From contig CATNEN010000002.1 of assembly GCA_950097015.1 (NCBI GenBank), positions 3,286,001-3,350,000 on the forward strand: a stretch of DNA of 64,000 nt, given 5' to 3'. A model generated the notes under the pieces. The model searched no databases. It had not been told where the DNA came from and saw only the letters and a list, made by a program, of their open reading frames with translations. The position numbers and the translations under genes are program-made. This DNA comes from Macrostomum hystrix. Taxonomy: Eukaryota; Animalia; Platyhelminthes. Positions 1 through 11,100 of this stretch are shown here, in pieces; position 1 is the first letter of the stretch, and every line of letters begins with the position of its first letter.

Positions 1-37
1 TTGTTTCTTGTGTCGCAGGTTCACATGTCTTATTGAA

Positions 38-215
38 CGGGCCACCGCCTGCCGCCAGCAGTTATTGTTAAAACCTGAAAAATGCCCTGAAAAATCGCCT
101 AACGCTCTTCCACAGATCCTACGAAGATGTTTGCGTTAATTCTGTTTGCGCAGAAAATTGATTTGCGCAATCTTTCAGGGGCCAGGTTGCTGCCCGGGCC
201 ACCGCCTGCCGCCAG
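38..215. repeat. 100-bp intronic tandem repeat, short version in copy A
   Basis: One full and one partial unit of gatcctacgaagatg...gggccaccgcctgccgcca; same unit at 22.7-23.3 kb and 50.6-51.3 kb. Confidence 0.75.
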
Positions 216-660
216 CAGCTGCGTTTAAAACCTGAAAAATGCGCCCAGCATCTTAGGAGGCCCTGTGAAGTGGGCGGCATGGTGCCGACTTGCAAAGATG
301 CAGAAATGCAAACGTGACCCCTGGTACGGGTTTAGTCTTTGTTATAAAAACATGGAAAACTGCTTTGACCTTAGATTTGCTTGCTGAACCCTTCCGCCGA
401 AATTCAGGTTTCTCTTGTCATTTGTCCCGTCCTATGCGAATCATTTGCTAAACCAGCTTTATCAGTTGTAAAACTGCTCCAAAGTGATCCAGGTGATGGA
501 CCCAAGCCTTGCATTTTCCGAGGTTCAATTGCAAATAGCTGCTTCTCTGACAAAATTTGTGAATTTCCCCTGTCCCTCGGCTCAGAACCTTCGTGCAACA
601 ATTGCGCTAACGTCAACTGTGACCTTAAAAGGGCACCCGTCTGCTGGTTTTTGGCCTTAC

Positions 661-3541
661 CTCACAGAAAGCGCCCTGGTAGGGATCGGGGCAAACAGTG
701 CAGCGCTCTACGGGAGCTGGTTCAGCACCCGAGCTGGTGTTGGTACTTGACTGGTACGTGATGTCCAGAATGCACACGTTTATCTGGCCCTGGAATTGGT
801 AGATCCGGAAGAAAATTCCACGCAGATCAGCGAGGGCGGTCATCACGTCCATTCTAGTGACGGCCGAACCGTCGATGGCACGCAGGTTCTGCTCGTCGAG
901 TGTCACGGAGAAGCGAGTCTCTGGGGCGCGGTTGGTGGTTCGGTCCCAATACACCAAGGTCTGGCCTCTCCAGCCCTGTTAGTTGGATGAACAATAATGC
1001 ATTTGAATGTAAATAACAGATGCCATTGTTGAGCAAAGCACTCTGATTTTCGACATTTCCTAAATATGACTGTCATTCTTCATCTCAAGCACGCTCGCTG
1101 TTACGATCGTCTTCCATTCTGCTAAGCAGTTTTTTCACTTTTCCCAACGGCCCCTGTCAATTTTAGCATAGACGCTGTCGCCGTACCTTGATGCCGAAGA
1201 TTGGGAACGCCGTATCGGCCGTCAGCGCTGTGTCCATGCGCACGTTGACTCGCACGGTGAAGCTCAATTTGCCGCCGTAGGCTGCCAGCTGAAAATGAAA
1301 GTTCACACGATTTCTTTTATTTTACATCACGAACTTGGATTCAGAGTGTCCCAGACTGTTGTCTAGCCGTACCCGCTTGCCAGACAAGCTCGTCAAGAAC
1401 ACGTAGGACTCGTCATCGTCTCGCAAAGCTGACGAGTCGTCTCCAGTTGGGGCCACGGCTATCTCCGCTCCGGACTGTACTGTGAGCTTGGCGCGTGAAG
1501 TAGCGTCCTCGTACACTCCGTACAGGCCCCAGCCCATCAAACGCACCGCGGATGCTTCCACTGGTACTCGCTTCTGCAGTCGTGTGTCAAATGAAACCAT
1601 GTACAGTTGATAAGCATGTCGAGACAAATTTATTAACCTATTCTAAACTGATGAGAGACTTTTCTGTACCTCTTCGAAGTAAAGGCCGGCATTTTCGCAA
1701 GCATTCGATCGGTCGGAGCAGAAGCAGGGCACGCATCCATCCGGGTGGTCCCGCCTGAGACTGTGGAAGCCCGGCTTGCACTTGTCACAGTTTTCACCTT
1801 TCACGTTCGCCTGAATTCGAAAGATGAAACAATTTCCAATTAGCTTTTTTCGTTGCACTTTATGCTCATGTGGCTCTGTACTTTTAGTATTTTCTTTAGG
1901 ATGAAACAAAATCTGCAATCAGCTGCTCACCTTGCAATTGCAGACGTTGTTCTGACAAATGCCACCGATGTTGCAGGTCTTGTTGCAGTCGATGCCAGTG
2001 GCGACTAAATTCAGTTATCAAATTGTTGCTCAAGCTTTTCTCATTGCTTTCTATCTGGCTGCGAAGAGCCAGCTAGTCTCTAATAATTATACAAAAAATG
2101 AAATGCCTGCTTGCTTGCTGCAATCGAGTAACTCCGGAAGGGCTTTACCGACTTTTATAACTCCTTGACTAAAATATGGCCATTCACTTATATAGAAAAT
2201 TGATTCTCTGATACTGGGGCACATTGGTTCTCTGCTGCTGGGGCACATTGGTTCTCTGATGCTGGGGCGCATTGGTTCTCTGCTGCTGGGGCACATTGGT
2301 TCCCTGATGCTGGGGCACCTCTGATGCTGGGGGAGAGTAGGGTTTTTCTGCTCAGGTTGCCAGCCAATATGTGATTATGCTTGGGGCAAACAGGTGGTGG
2401 CGTATCAGCTTTTTGAGAGGACAAGTGCGATTTGCATTAGAGAATTGTATAAATCCTGAAATCCTGAAGTTACCTATTGCTAGTAAAAATGATAATATAT
2501 ATGTTATTCATTTAAATTTATGAAACGTGCTACTGCATTAAAGGTCATTAAATATAAAATGCCGACGGTTTCAACTGGTCCATTGATAATAGCACCAATG
2601 AACTCGGAATTCGTAATTTTGTCAGGGCATCAAAGCTAGTTCTCCTTTACTCCGTCCCTCCCTCAAAGGGGGAATCTATTTGCGCGTTACTTGCGCGTTA
2701 CTTGTACAAGCCCTTGTGTGCAGGGCGTTAGATTAACAACTATTATCGTTTCTAGTGTATTTTCTATCGAAACGTACTAAAACTAATGCGTTGCTTATAC
2801 TTGCAACTGACTCACACATTGGTTTCTTGTCTTTCCACATTCATAATTTCGTGCCTACCTACTTCCTTTTAAATGACTAGCCGCTTATTTACCATTAGCT
2901 TGCAGTCATTATTTAAACACTTGAAGGTTAGATTAGGTTAGATTAGGTTAGGTTGGCTTAGGTTAGATTTTATCAGATTATCAAATAATGATTAAACGCT
3001 TTATAGTTATAGCTCGTAGACATCACATCTGAGATTTGTTATTGGATTAAAAAATTATGCACAAGAGATCCTATATAACTTGTGAAAAAAGCTCACGTGG
3101 GTCCTTAACAAGTGGTACAGGATCCGAGTATCTCCTTGTGCCAGACGGATCCACACCGGAACACCTGTACCAGTGATTCCCCCTACTTGGTCTGTGATAG
3201 TTGGAGCTCAGGGTAGAGGAAAAAGTTTTGTGCGTAATCGCCGGCGGCCCGATGGGATCATTGCGCTCATCGTTAAAGTGAAACTTGATGTCTCGGAGGC
3301 GCACATCATGAGTGCAGTTCACAAATTTGAACCCGGGGAACGGTGACGGTCCGACTGTCACGGCTGAAAATTCAAGACAGAAAAAGCTTGCCAGTAAAGT
3401 ATTTGGAATCTACTGTGAATAACAACAGAACGTACTAATCTGAATGGGGTCGTTGACGGCCAGATCCTGGGCGTTGGCGATCATTGGCGACAACAGAAGG
3501 CCAAGGAATAGGCAGGCCAGGACAACTGCTGGCTGGCCCAT
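661..3541 (-). CDS. Ig/laminin multidomain secreted protein, paralog A (5' part; continues off the left edge)
   Basis: Exons 3436-3541 (MGQPAVVLACLFLGLLLSP signal peptide), 3097-3363 (Ig-like), 1931-2004 and 1670-1810 (laminin-EGF, CNCK-ANVKGENCDKCKPG), 1373-1573, 1187-1288 (LAAYGGKL, laminin IV) and 661-975 (end of laminin IV, CTVCPDPYQGAFCE). All junctions are GT-AG with matching phases. Near-identical to B at an offset of 23126. Confidence 0.85.
2206..2330. repeat. 24-bp intronic minisatellite, copy A (about 5 units)
   Basis: Unit ctctg(a/c)tgctggggcacattggtt repeated. Confidence 0.9.
2926..2968. repeat. (ttagg/ttaga)n simple repeat
   Basis: ggttagattaggttagattaggttaggttggcttaggttag; also present in copies B (about 26155) and C (about 54196). 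Confidence 0.8.
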
Positions 3542-3656
3542 GGCTTTGCGCTGCTGGTTGAAAATAATTTCTAGTTAATGCCTAAAAGATCCTCAAAGAT
3601 TGAAGATAGAACTCCGTCGCCTAGATTTCTACTGCAAGTGTCCATATATTTCTAGC

Positions 3657-3745
3657 AACGGGTCTTATAGTGGACCCGTTCACACTGCTGAGGTGGAGAG
3701 CGAGGCGACAACCAATAGAGCGAGTGCTTCGCTGGTCGCTATTGG
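3657..3745 (-). promoter_or_regulatory. Putative core promoter of paralog A (inverted CCAAT pair plus TATA-like motif)
   Basis: ccaat at 3712 and attgg at 3741 face each other; minus-strand ctataa lies about 40-70 bp downstream and about 125 bp before the ATG. Conserved in all three copies. Function is inferred. Confidence 0.4.
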
Positions 3746-4287
3746 CTGGAGCTAAGGCATGCGCATCAGGAATATCTGGAGTCGAGTTCAACCCTCTTGT
3801 TGAGGGAGGCGCACTGGCCTGCGCCCGGTACAGTTTTAGTCCATTTGTAAAAGTGGATTCAAAACTAACCATCTGAAGTGTTTTGTAATGTCTGACCTAA
3901 TACAGCACTAAAACAAATTTATTACTGAATATACCAATATTGATAGGCTGCAGAGGGCTGAAACGAGGTAAAACGTTGAGGCGCGTACATATTGGTGTTG
4001 TAGTTAGACAACAGTAGCGGGCGGGCTGCCGTTAGTTTCAACCTCGTTTCAACACGCGTAGGCTAACTACAATGGTATTAATATATCAATATTGACAGGC
4101 TGCAGAGGGCTGAAACGAGGTAAAACATCGAGGCACGTAGCGCCGAGGCGTTTCACCTCGTTTGAGCCCGAGCAGCCTATCCATATTGGTGTTGTACGAG
4201 CGTAGTTAGCGGGCGTGAAACGCGTTTCACGGTCCGCTGAGACTTTCTATGGTAAAATCGCTCTGAGTTCTATGCCTTCAGTCGGTT

Positions 4288-4906
4288 TCACGGCCCGGTG
4301 AAAGTTTTGTCATACTGTAGTTTTGTGGGAGTGGTACGATCGAAGTAGTAGCGTAGTTTTTCTAGATCGCACGTTTCAATCGACACAAACTGACGTACGG
4401 CGCCTCCGTTATTTACAAAAAGGCTGGCAGTGACTCGGAGCATCCTGTTTGCCTTTGCGAATTGTTCATCAGCGATTATGTTGATCCCACGATTGTGCAG
4501 AAGGTAGCGAAAAAGGCCGGCTCTGGCCGTGATGAGCGTAGCAGGTGCATACAACGAGCCGTCCAGCTTCCGAATGAACGCATAGAAAATGCGTAAGGCC
4601 ACAGCTAAATGATCTACTTCGGCAGTAGCCAAAACACAGGCAACACCCTTCGCTTGCAAGACTTCACCAAACTTACGGACAGCCCAGTCCTCCTGCTTCA
4701 TAGCTGATTTCGGCAAATTCTCCATTTCAATTTGGTTCAGCTGTTCAGTCATTGCCTCAATCATCGGATCATCTTCTTGAAAAAGCCGCAAGAGCCGCCT
4801 GATCCATATCGTCCACATCGAGTACCATGGCGTCCATATCCTTTTCACGATCCATGCGATCCTTTATTTCGTATAAAGTAGAACCAGTCACATCACCTTG
4901 CGACAT
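4288..4906 (-). pseudogene. N-terminal half of Crypton recombinase (DUF3504/ZMYM-KCTD1-like)
   Basis: FYAFIRKLDGSLYAPATLITARAGLFRYL..GINIIADEQF resembles the Crypton N-region. ATG at 4906 with a frameshift near 4785. Confidence 0.7.
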
Positions 4907-5019
4907 GTGAATCAACCCTAATGGGAATGGACAACACATGCCTCTGCCAAAGGTTTTATACGATTATCACAGCTTAATCTATTCTTAGTGTGCCAGTTTT
5001 CTGTCACTTTCTTCCAACT

Positions 5020-5742
5020 AATCTGGACAAGAAAACTTCGCCCATATCGACGGTGTCCGTGCCTTTAAGCTTAGGCCATTGCAATTGAAGAATGTGCAAG
5101 GAAGCCTTGAGCCCCGTTGCGCAAAACATAATTGCGGAAACTGGGTGCCCTGGTTGTCCGTACACCGCTCTAAATATCTACATGGCAAAGATCGAAGAGG
5201 CTAAAAAGGCTGCCGGAATTGAAAACCAGGTTTTCTTCCTTCGGCCTCGTGTACGAGGTGTCAACAACTCTTGGTTCTTCGCTAATCAGCCAGTTGGACA
5301 TAACACGTTAGGCAATATGATCGCGTCGATATCGACAAATGCGAAGCTAAGCAAGAGATACACCGGTCACTGCATTCGTGCGACCCTGGTGACTGAGCTG
5401 AATGATGCGGGAGTGTCCATTGCTGACATTGGAAAGATCACTGAACACAAGTCCACTGAGGCTACTCATCGCTACATTCGCAAAACCGCAAAGCGTGATG
5501 CTGATATGGCAAGGCTATCTAACGTAATCAGCGATGTTAGTGCCAGTTCATCGAAAAATAGCGCTGAGACAACTTCACCTTCATTGGATATTGCACATTC
5601 TGGTCAATCGGCGAGTGATGGATCTAATGTGAGCACGGATAAAGTTGGTCTGGAGAGACGCGCAGGGCTGCTATTGGCATCTGGAATAAGCGGAACTTTC
5701 GACAATTACACCTTTCAGGTATTTCTTAGCAACGGTCGATGA
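5020..5742 (+). pseudogene. C-terminal catalytic half of tyrosine recombinase
   Basis: CPY..IYMAK, FFLRP, QPVGHNTL, YTGHCIRAT (H-x-x-R), EHKS..HRY (catalytic Tyr). An upstream KNVQG segment is in another frame. Confidence 0.8.
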
Positions 5743-7295
5743 GAGGCAGGAAAATTTTTATGAGACTGTTTGATCTAAACAAGAAACCTTCGTTACTTGT
5801 GTTTTTAGCCGTACTGTGTTTGAAATAATTTTTAGCTTAATTAGCCTTTTTTCATATCGTTGACTCGCAAGCGTATTCAAATGCATGAAATATATGGGTT
5901 TCGGTCATAGAAACAAGTCATTAATGAAATTATTAAAGACCACTTTTATCGTTGGAACTTTACCGGTTGGGTGCCGAGCAAGTTAATGGCGGTCGATCGA
6001 GGCGCGTAGCGCCATATAATCGCCATTAACTGCGAGGCAGCCAACCGGTAAAAGCATTATAAGGCTTCAGGCCATAGACAAATCAACTCCCCCTATAACG
6101 CTATCTGGCGGCTGTCGGTCGGTGGCAACGTAGGCGCATTGGGTGGTGGCGCTACCCTAGATCATCTATCCGCTTTGCCGATAGCCTTTCCGCAGTTCTG
6201 TGACAAGAGCCTAGGCCGATTCGACCACCGCTACCAAGGTTAGGAGTCAGTTGCGCACGTACTACTGACGACAGTAGGCTGTCTAGCCCTGTCCTGTCCG
6301 ATTCCGGATAGTCCGACGTCTCTCTTTAGACTTTTAGCCGGTTTCGAGCATTGCTTGGGGTAGGCACGGCAGTCATGCCTGTGGCCTATGGGACGAGTGG
6401 GACTGGCCAGCCTGAGGCCGATAGGACCACTCCCTGCATCTACTGAACCTCCTCCTCTCTCTCCCTTTATCTCCTCTCTCCGCGACATCTCGCGAGTAGT
6501 CAGGCGGATATTTAATCGACTATGTCGCCCGCCTCAAGGGATTATCTTTCATGAGGGCAGGTCAGCGGCTGCAAAAACACCCAACCATTTCAACAACGTT
6601 AGGCAAGTCGATAATTCGTGATTTCCATTCGATAATTTTGCTTTCACTGGATAATTCAGGATTCTCACTCGGTAATTCACGCTTTTACAGGATAGCTTAT
6701 TCTTGCCTCAGTCTTTATAGTACTCGCGCCCTTGGCCATAGACTAGAGATTTACATTTTCCCATGAGTCCGCCTTATATACGCTGTCCCTCGTTCGAAAC
6801 GAACCTTCTCTTTTCAAGAAATATAACAGCCAACTCATCAAGATTAAAATTCAACCGTATTTTCATTGCAAGTGCAATCCCCAAGCTTGGGCGTCACAGC
6901 ACTTTTCATTGGATATCTCATGCATTGCTCTGGATGTAACACGCTATCTCTCTCGGCATTCAGGCTTTCCCTCGATATTTTAATGTCCTTCCTCGATAAT
7001 GCAGAGTACCCTCTCGATAATTCCTGCTTCATTGGATATATCCTGCATTCCCCTAGATGCATGATATATCCAGTTGTCGTTTCGTTGTAATTCTCACGCT
7101 GCTACCCGATTCGTCAATGGTGACTGACAGGACGTGTTCCTTCACCCGCCAATTGACACCTAGAGCCTTGCTAGTCTGTAGCCTCGTCTGTATGTAAAAA
7201 TCCGATTGCGAGGCTCGCTCGGACGCCCGAATCTTGGCTAGCACTTCTGCTGAGTTCGATTTCCACTTGCGGGCTCGCATTCCAGCTCTTCTCTA

Positions 7296-7544
7296 CTACT
7301 CGGACAGCTGCTCAAACAGTTGAATCGCTCTGCGTTCTTCTGCCGACTCCAACGTTCTGGGAGCTTTCTCCGGCACCTTTTCGATTTCGCAGAATTTCTT
7401 GAGCACCTCCGCCACGTCTTCCTCGTGCGCGAAACTGAAGAATTCTTGCTGACCCTCAACCATGCTGCTCGCGGGCGCGGGATCCATCAGTACAACGCAG
7501 GTCCAGCCGATTGGTGTTAATCTTGCGATCGGTTCGCCTGGCAA
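7296..7544 (-). mobile_element. BEL/Pao LTR-retrotransposon polyprotein fragment
   Basis: PIARLTPIGWT...LKKFCEIE...ESAEERRAIQLF matches the recalled pattern preceding RT in BEL/Pao elements. Confidence 0.55.
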
Positions 7545-7627
7545 TCCGCGAAGCCTTCTGAACAGGCGGTGTTAGCTGGTATTGGTGTTGTTGGCTAGTG
7601 GTGGTGGATTTACTAGAATAAACGTGA

Positions 7628-7768
7628 AGCTGTGAACAGGTGAACAGATACAAGCTGTGAACAGGTGAACAGATACAAGCTGTGAACAGGTGAACACATG
7701 CAAACTGTGAACAGGTGAACACATGCAAACTGTGAACAGGTGAACACATACAAGCTGTGAACAGGTGA
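7628..7768. repeat. About 25-bp minisatellite
   Basis: gctgtgaacaggtgaaca(g/c)atacaa repeated about 5-6 times. Confidence 0.85.
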
Positions 7769-8184
7769 ATAGCCTGCTGAAGTGGACATTGGTAATGGGC
7801 GAGGCTGCACAATTCTGAATTTAGTCAGCAATTTTTGTCATTTTTCCTTCATAGTCCTGGCGAGGTTCTTGTCCAGGATGACTGTCGCAGGACCAAGAAA
7901 ATATCTAGCATCTATCGAGAGTGTCAATTGGGGCATAATGCGAATAGCGGTAGCAACAAGTTAGATTTACTCAGAAACTATCTCAAAAGCATCTATTGAC
8001 TGCTGGAAGAACTTTGTTGGCAACTTAAAACGCAGTTGTTTCGCTTAATTCATATTGTTTTAGATTGAGATAATATATTTCATAAAAAAAATTACCAGAT
8101 AATGAAATTTCAAATCGAGTACATTATGTAAAAGTATACTTCGTGCCGCTTCGGTTTTCGTGTGTACTTTTCTTCATCAGCCAA

Positions 8185-11100
8185 TCAGAGTGGACTATTA
8201 AGAATAACTCCGAATGACGCTGTCTCTGCGTCCCAGGTTCTCTTAAATTCCGCCTTGCCGAGAGAGTTTTCAGCGGAGCACACGTAGGTGCCATACGCGT
8301 TGTCGCGGCCGATGTTCTCTGCAGTTGTGAAGGTGTCAAGCGATGAAAATTTGGGAGTCAAAATGCAGTGTGTCACTTCAGCCAATACCTTCTGACTAGT
8401 TTTCCTTAGAATATATTCTGGCTTAGACGGTTCTATTTCTTCGCGGAAATTCCATGGACTGCCCATACTATTTTTAGCACACGGGAAACCCACTTTAAGT
8501 GATGCTTTTCAACCAATGGGAAAACAGGAATCATTTTCTCTATTCCAATGTCCCTATTTGTTAATGCGCATCAGATCATTCGGTGGAAAATGGTAAAATT
8601 ATATTTTAGAAAAATATGATACACCTTTTTCTTTTGATAATTTCAACAGCCTCACAAGCTATATCTTGGCTTCCCTCCATAGGAAGCCAAAATCAATATT
8701 AATCCCTCCATATTGATAAATATTTTATTAAGGCTATTAAGGCCTTATCCTCTTAAGTCCATGGACTGAGGGGGACGCCACACCACCCTCAATTACCCCA
8801 CCTAATGCTGGTACAATTAAAACAAATGGATGAAGCGAAGCAATTTAAAGATAAGTGTATTGCTTATCTTTATAAATTGTTCTCTCTTTAGAGTCTCTAT
8901 CCCTGGACTCTGATTTTATCAGGTTCTAAACCGGACTCTCTCGCTGGGGTCAGGAATCGAACTTCCGACCTTTAAGTCGAGAGCTTCACGCTCTAATCAC
9001 AAGGCTTCAACCACACGCGCTGATTGGTTGAACCAATCAATCTAGATAAAACGAGTAACAAGTTCACAAACCTATCTACCAGCTATGTTACTTCCTTATC
9101 GCTCCTTTCCGATTGAGCAAGCAAGTTGATGTCCTTTCCTTACCTTTTGGTAGTCTGAAATGGAAGGGGTGTTAGAATAGCCTTTAGAATCTGTTTGTGT
9201 ACTTCAATTCATTAAACCACAATGCTTCTAAATCTAAACACTCACTTGTAAACTAGCTGCGACCCGTATCTGCCGGAGTCATTTTGGTCGAAAAAGGTCT
9301 TCTCATACTGCCTGATCCACCTTGGGGTCTCCAGTTGAACATTGTCCGCGTCGCGCTTGGTAATATCCAGATCCGGGTACGGGTAGCCGGTAAAGAGGCA
9401 TTCAAAATAAATGTCGCCTTCGTCCGTCTTCGTGATGTAAAAAAAGCCGTAAGTCCCTTGCCTCAACTCGCCTTCGCCAGGTCGGGCTAAGGGGTCGAGG
9501 TTTAAAGTACGTTAGCCCGACTAACGCACTTAGGGATGTCAACTTAAGACTCCAGAATGGAGACCTATGGTCAATAATCGAACCAAATCAACTGAAATCA
9601 GCAGCTGGTCGATCCAGTTGACCCAGAGTATCCCCAGGGTACCCTGAAATAAAGCGAACCCTAATACTGAGAACGAAACCCATTTCCCTGACTCCTGAGC
9701 ACACAGTACACAGATGATGTACACAGACCCTGATTTCAGGAAAAGTACTATCTTACTGCACCTTTAAGCTGGCCCTAAAGCGTGCCAATTGTACAGCAAG
9801 ACCCTTAAACCTTCTCGCTGCGGCTGCGCCCCAAGTTAGTGTGGGCATGCCGCGAGTTCGAGCAGGAATCTTGGTGCTCTGAGAAACTGAGACCGCTCTG
9901 CCACTCACCCCCTCCTAACAAACAATGTCCAAGCTACTCGGTTGGAAAATGTGACAGGAACGGAATCTTCGACAACGCCTTGAAAGCGTCTCTCATAATG
10001 CAATCTTGAAGCTTACTACGCTATAACTGAACCTAATCCGAATTAGCTTTCACAGCTTTCAGCAGAATCATGTTGCGCGAAAAGTTCTTACTTTGCATGA
10101 AAGCCTTGATGGGCACCGACTGAATATACAGATCTTTAACGCCCGATACGTTGATGAATGACCTGACGGCCACGCACATGAAAATGCCCGAATTGCTCAC
10201 GGAGCCAGTCTGCAGCGTCAGGGTCGCCTTGCCGCCCTCCAAACGCTTTTTCATGCCGGAAACCTCGGTGGCAGTGCCGGCTTCCCTCTCATCGTAGAGA
10301 CACTTGAAGTTCTTGCACTTTTGTGGGTGTGCGTGTGATAGGATGCTTGCAAAAATATTCCAAATAGAACGGCTATTTACAGGGCTCTCCAGTTTAACCT
10401 ACCTTGACCCAGTCCAGGTAGCGATATGCGTCTGAAATTATATCCACTTCTGCGTCGTAGTTCTGCAGAGTGCAAGTCAGCTCAATCGGTTGTCCATCGC
10501 GGCGCAAATCGACGATGTCCGGATTTCGAATGATCAACGAAGAGTTCACGGTGTCCTTCATTGTGACGACGATGTTGGGCCTCTCGGGAATCGCTAGAGA
10601 AAACGATGGTGTGAGAACATTATCTTAGTGGAAGGCTGGTGGGACTTCTTCTAAACCGGCCGATCTCTTTCTGTACGGACTCACAGACTGGTTCTCTGAC
10701 TCACTGCTTTGGTCTCTTCACTCACAAAGATTTAGTAGGCCTGTGCTTAGAGATTCAGGCACTAATCTGGGGGTCGGGAGTTTGCCAAACCTCAGCCAAG
10801 AAAAATTAATCTGTATTCCCGATTCGCAGCCAACGGAGAGACAATTCAGCACATTTCGCTGACTTCTGAACATGCACAGGTACATGGATACTGTATTCTG
10901 GCACAAACTCACAGGTGATCGTATCTGCCTTGAAGTTTCTTCAGGCAGTGTACACTCTCAATGTACCTTGGGGTTCGGCTCTCAAGGGCATAAATGGCAT
11001 GACAAGCCCCGAAGCCTCGGAATCGGGCTCAGGGACATTGGTGAAGGAATGAAACTAAAACAAGTGTCGCCAATGTGTATCTCTAATTCTTACTGAACAC

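Larger units (their letters stand above)
3930..6055. mobile_element. Crypton-like tyrosine-recombinase DNA transposon, rearranged
   Basis: Two coding halves (listed separately); motif cgaggc(a/g)cgtagcgcc at both ends (4129-4144 and 5998-6013); starts where A/B upstream homology stops (about 3918). Boundaries approximate. Confidence 0.75.

Noticed and set aside
2926-2968. Interstitial telomere or chromosome-fusion signature
   Set aside because: Only about 40 bp of imperfect ttagg/ttaga, copied with the gene duplication.
3542-3570. Acceptor-like ttttcaaccag just before the ATG, as a trans-splice site
   Set aside because: A nearby TATA/CCAAT-like promoter explains a short unspliced 5' UTR equally well; it cannot be resolved without spliced-leader reads.
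6060-7100. Possible MITE/LTR pieces, and a 13-bp match (cctctcgataatt) to the cGLR 3' repeat region
   Set aside because: No TIR or TSD pair found, and the match is too short to imply homology.
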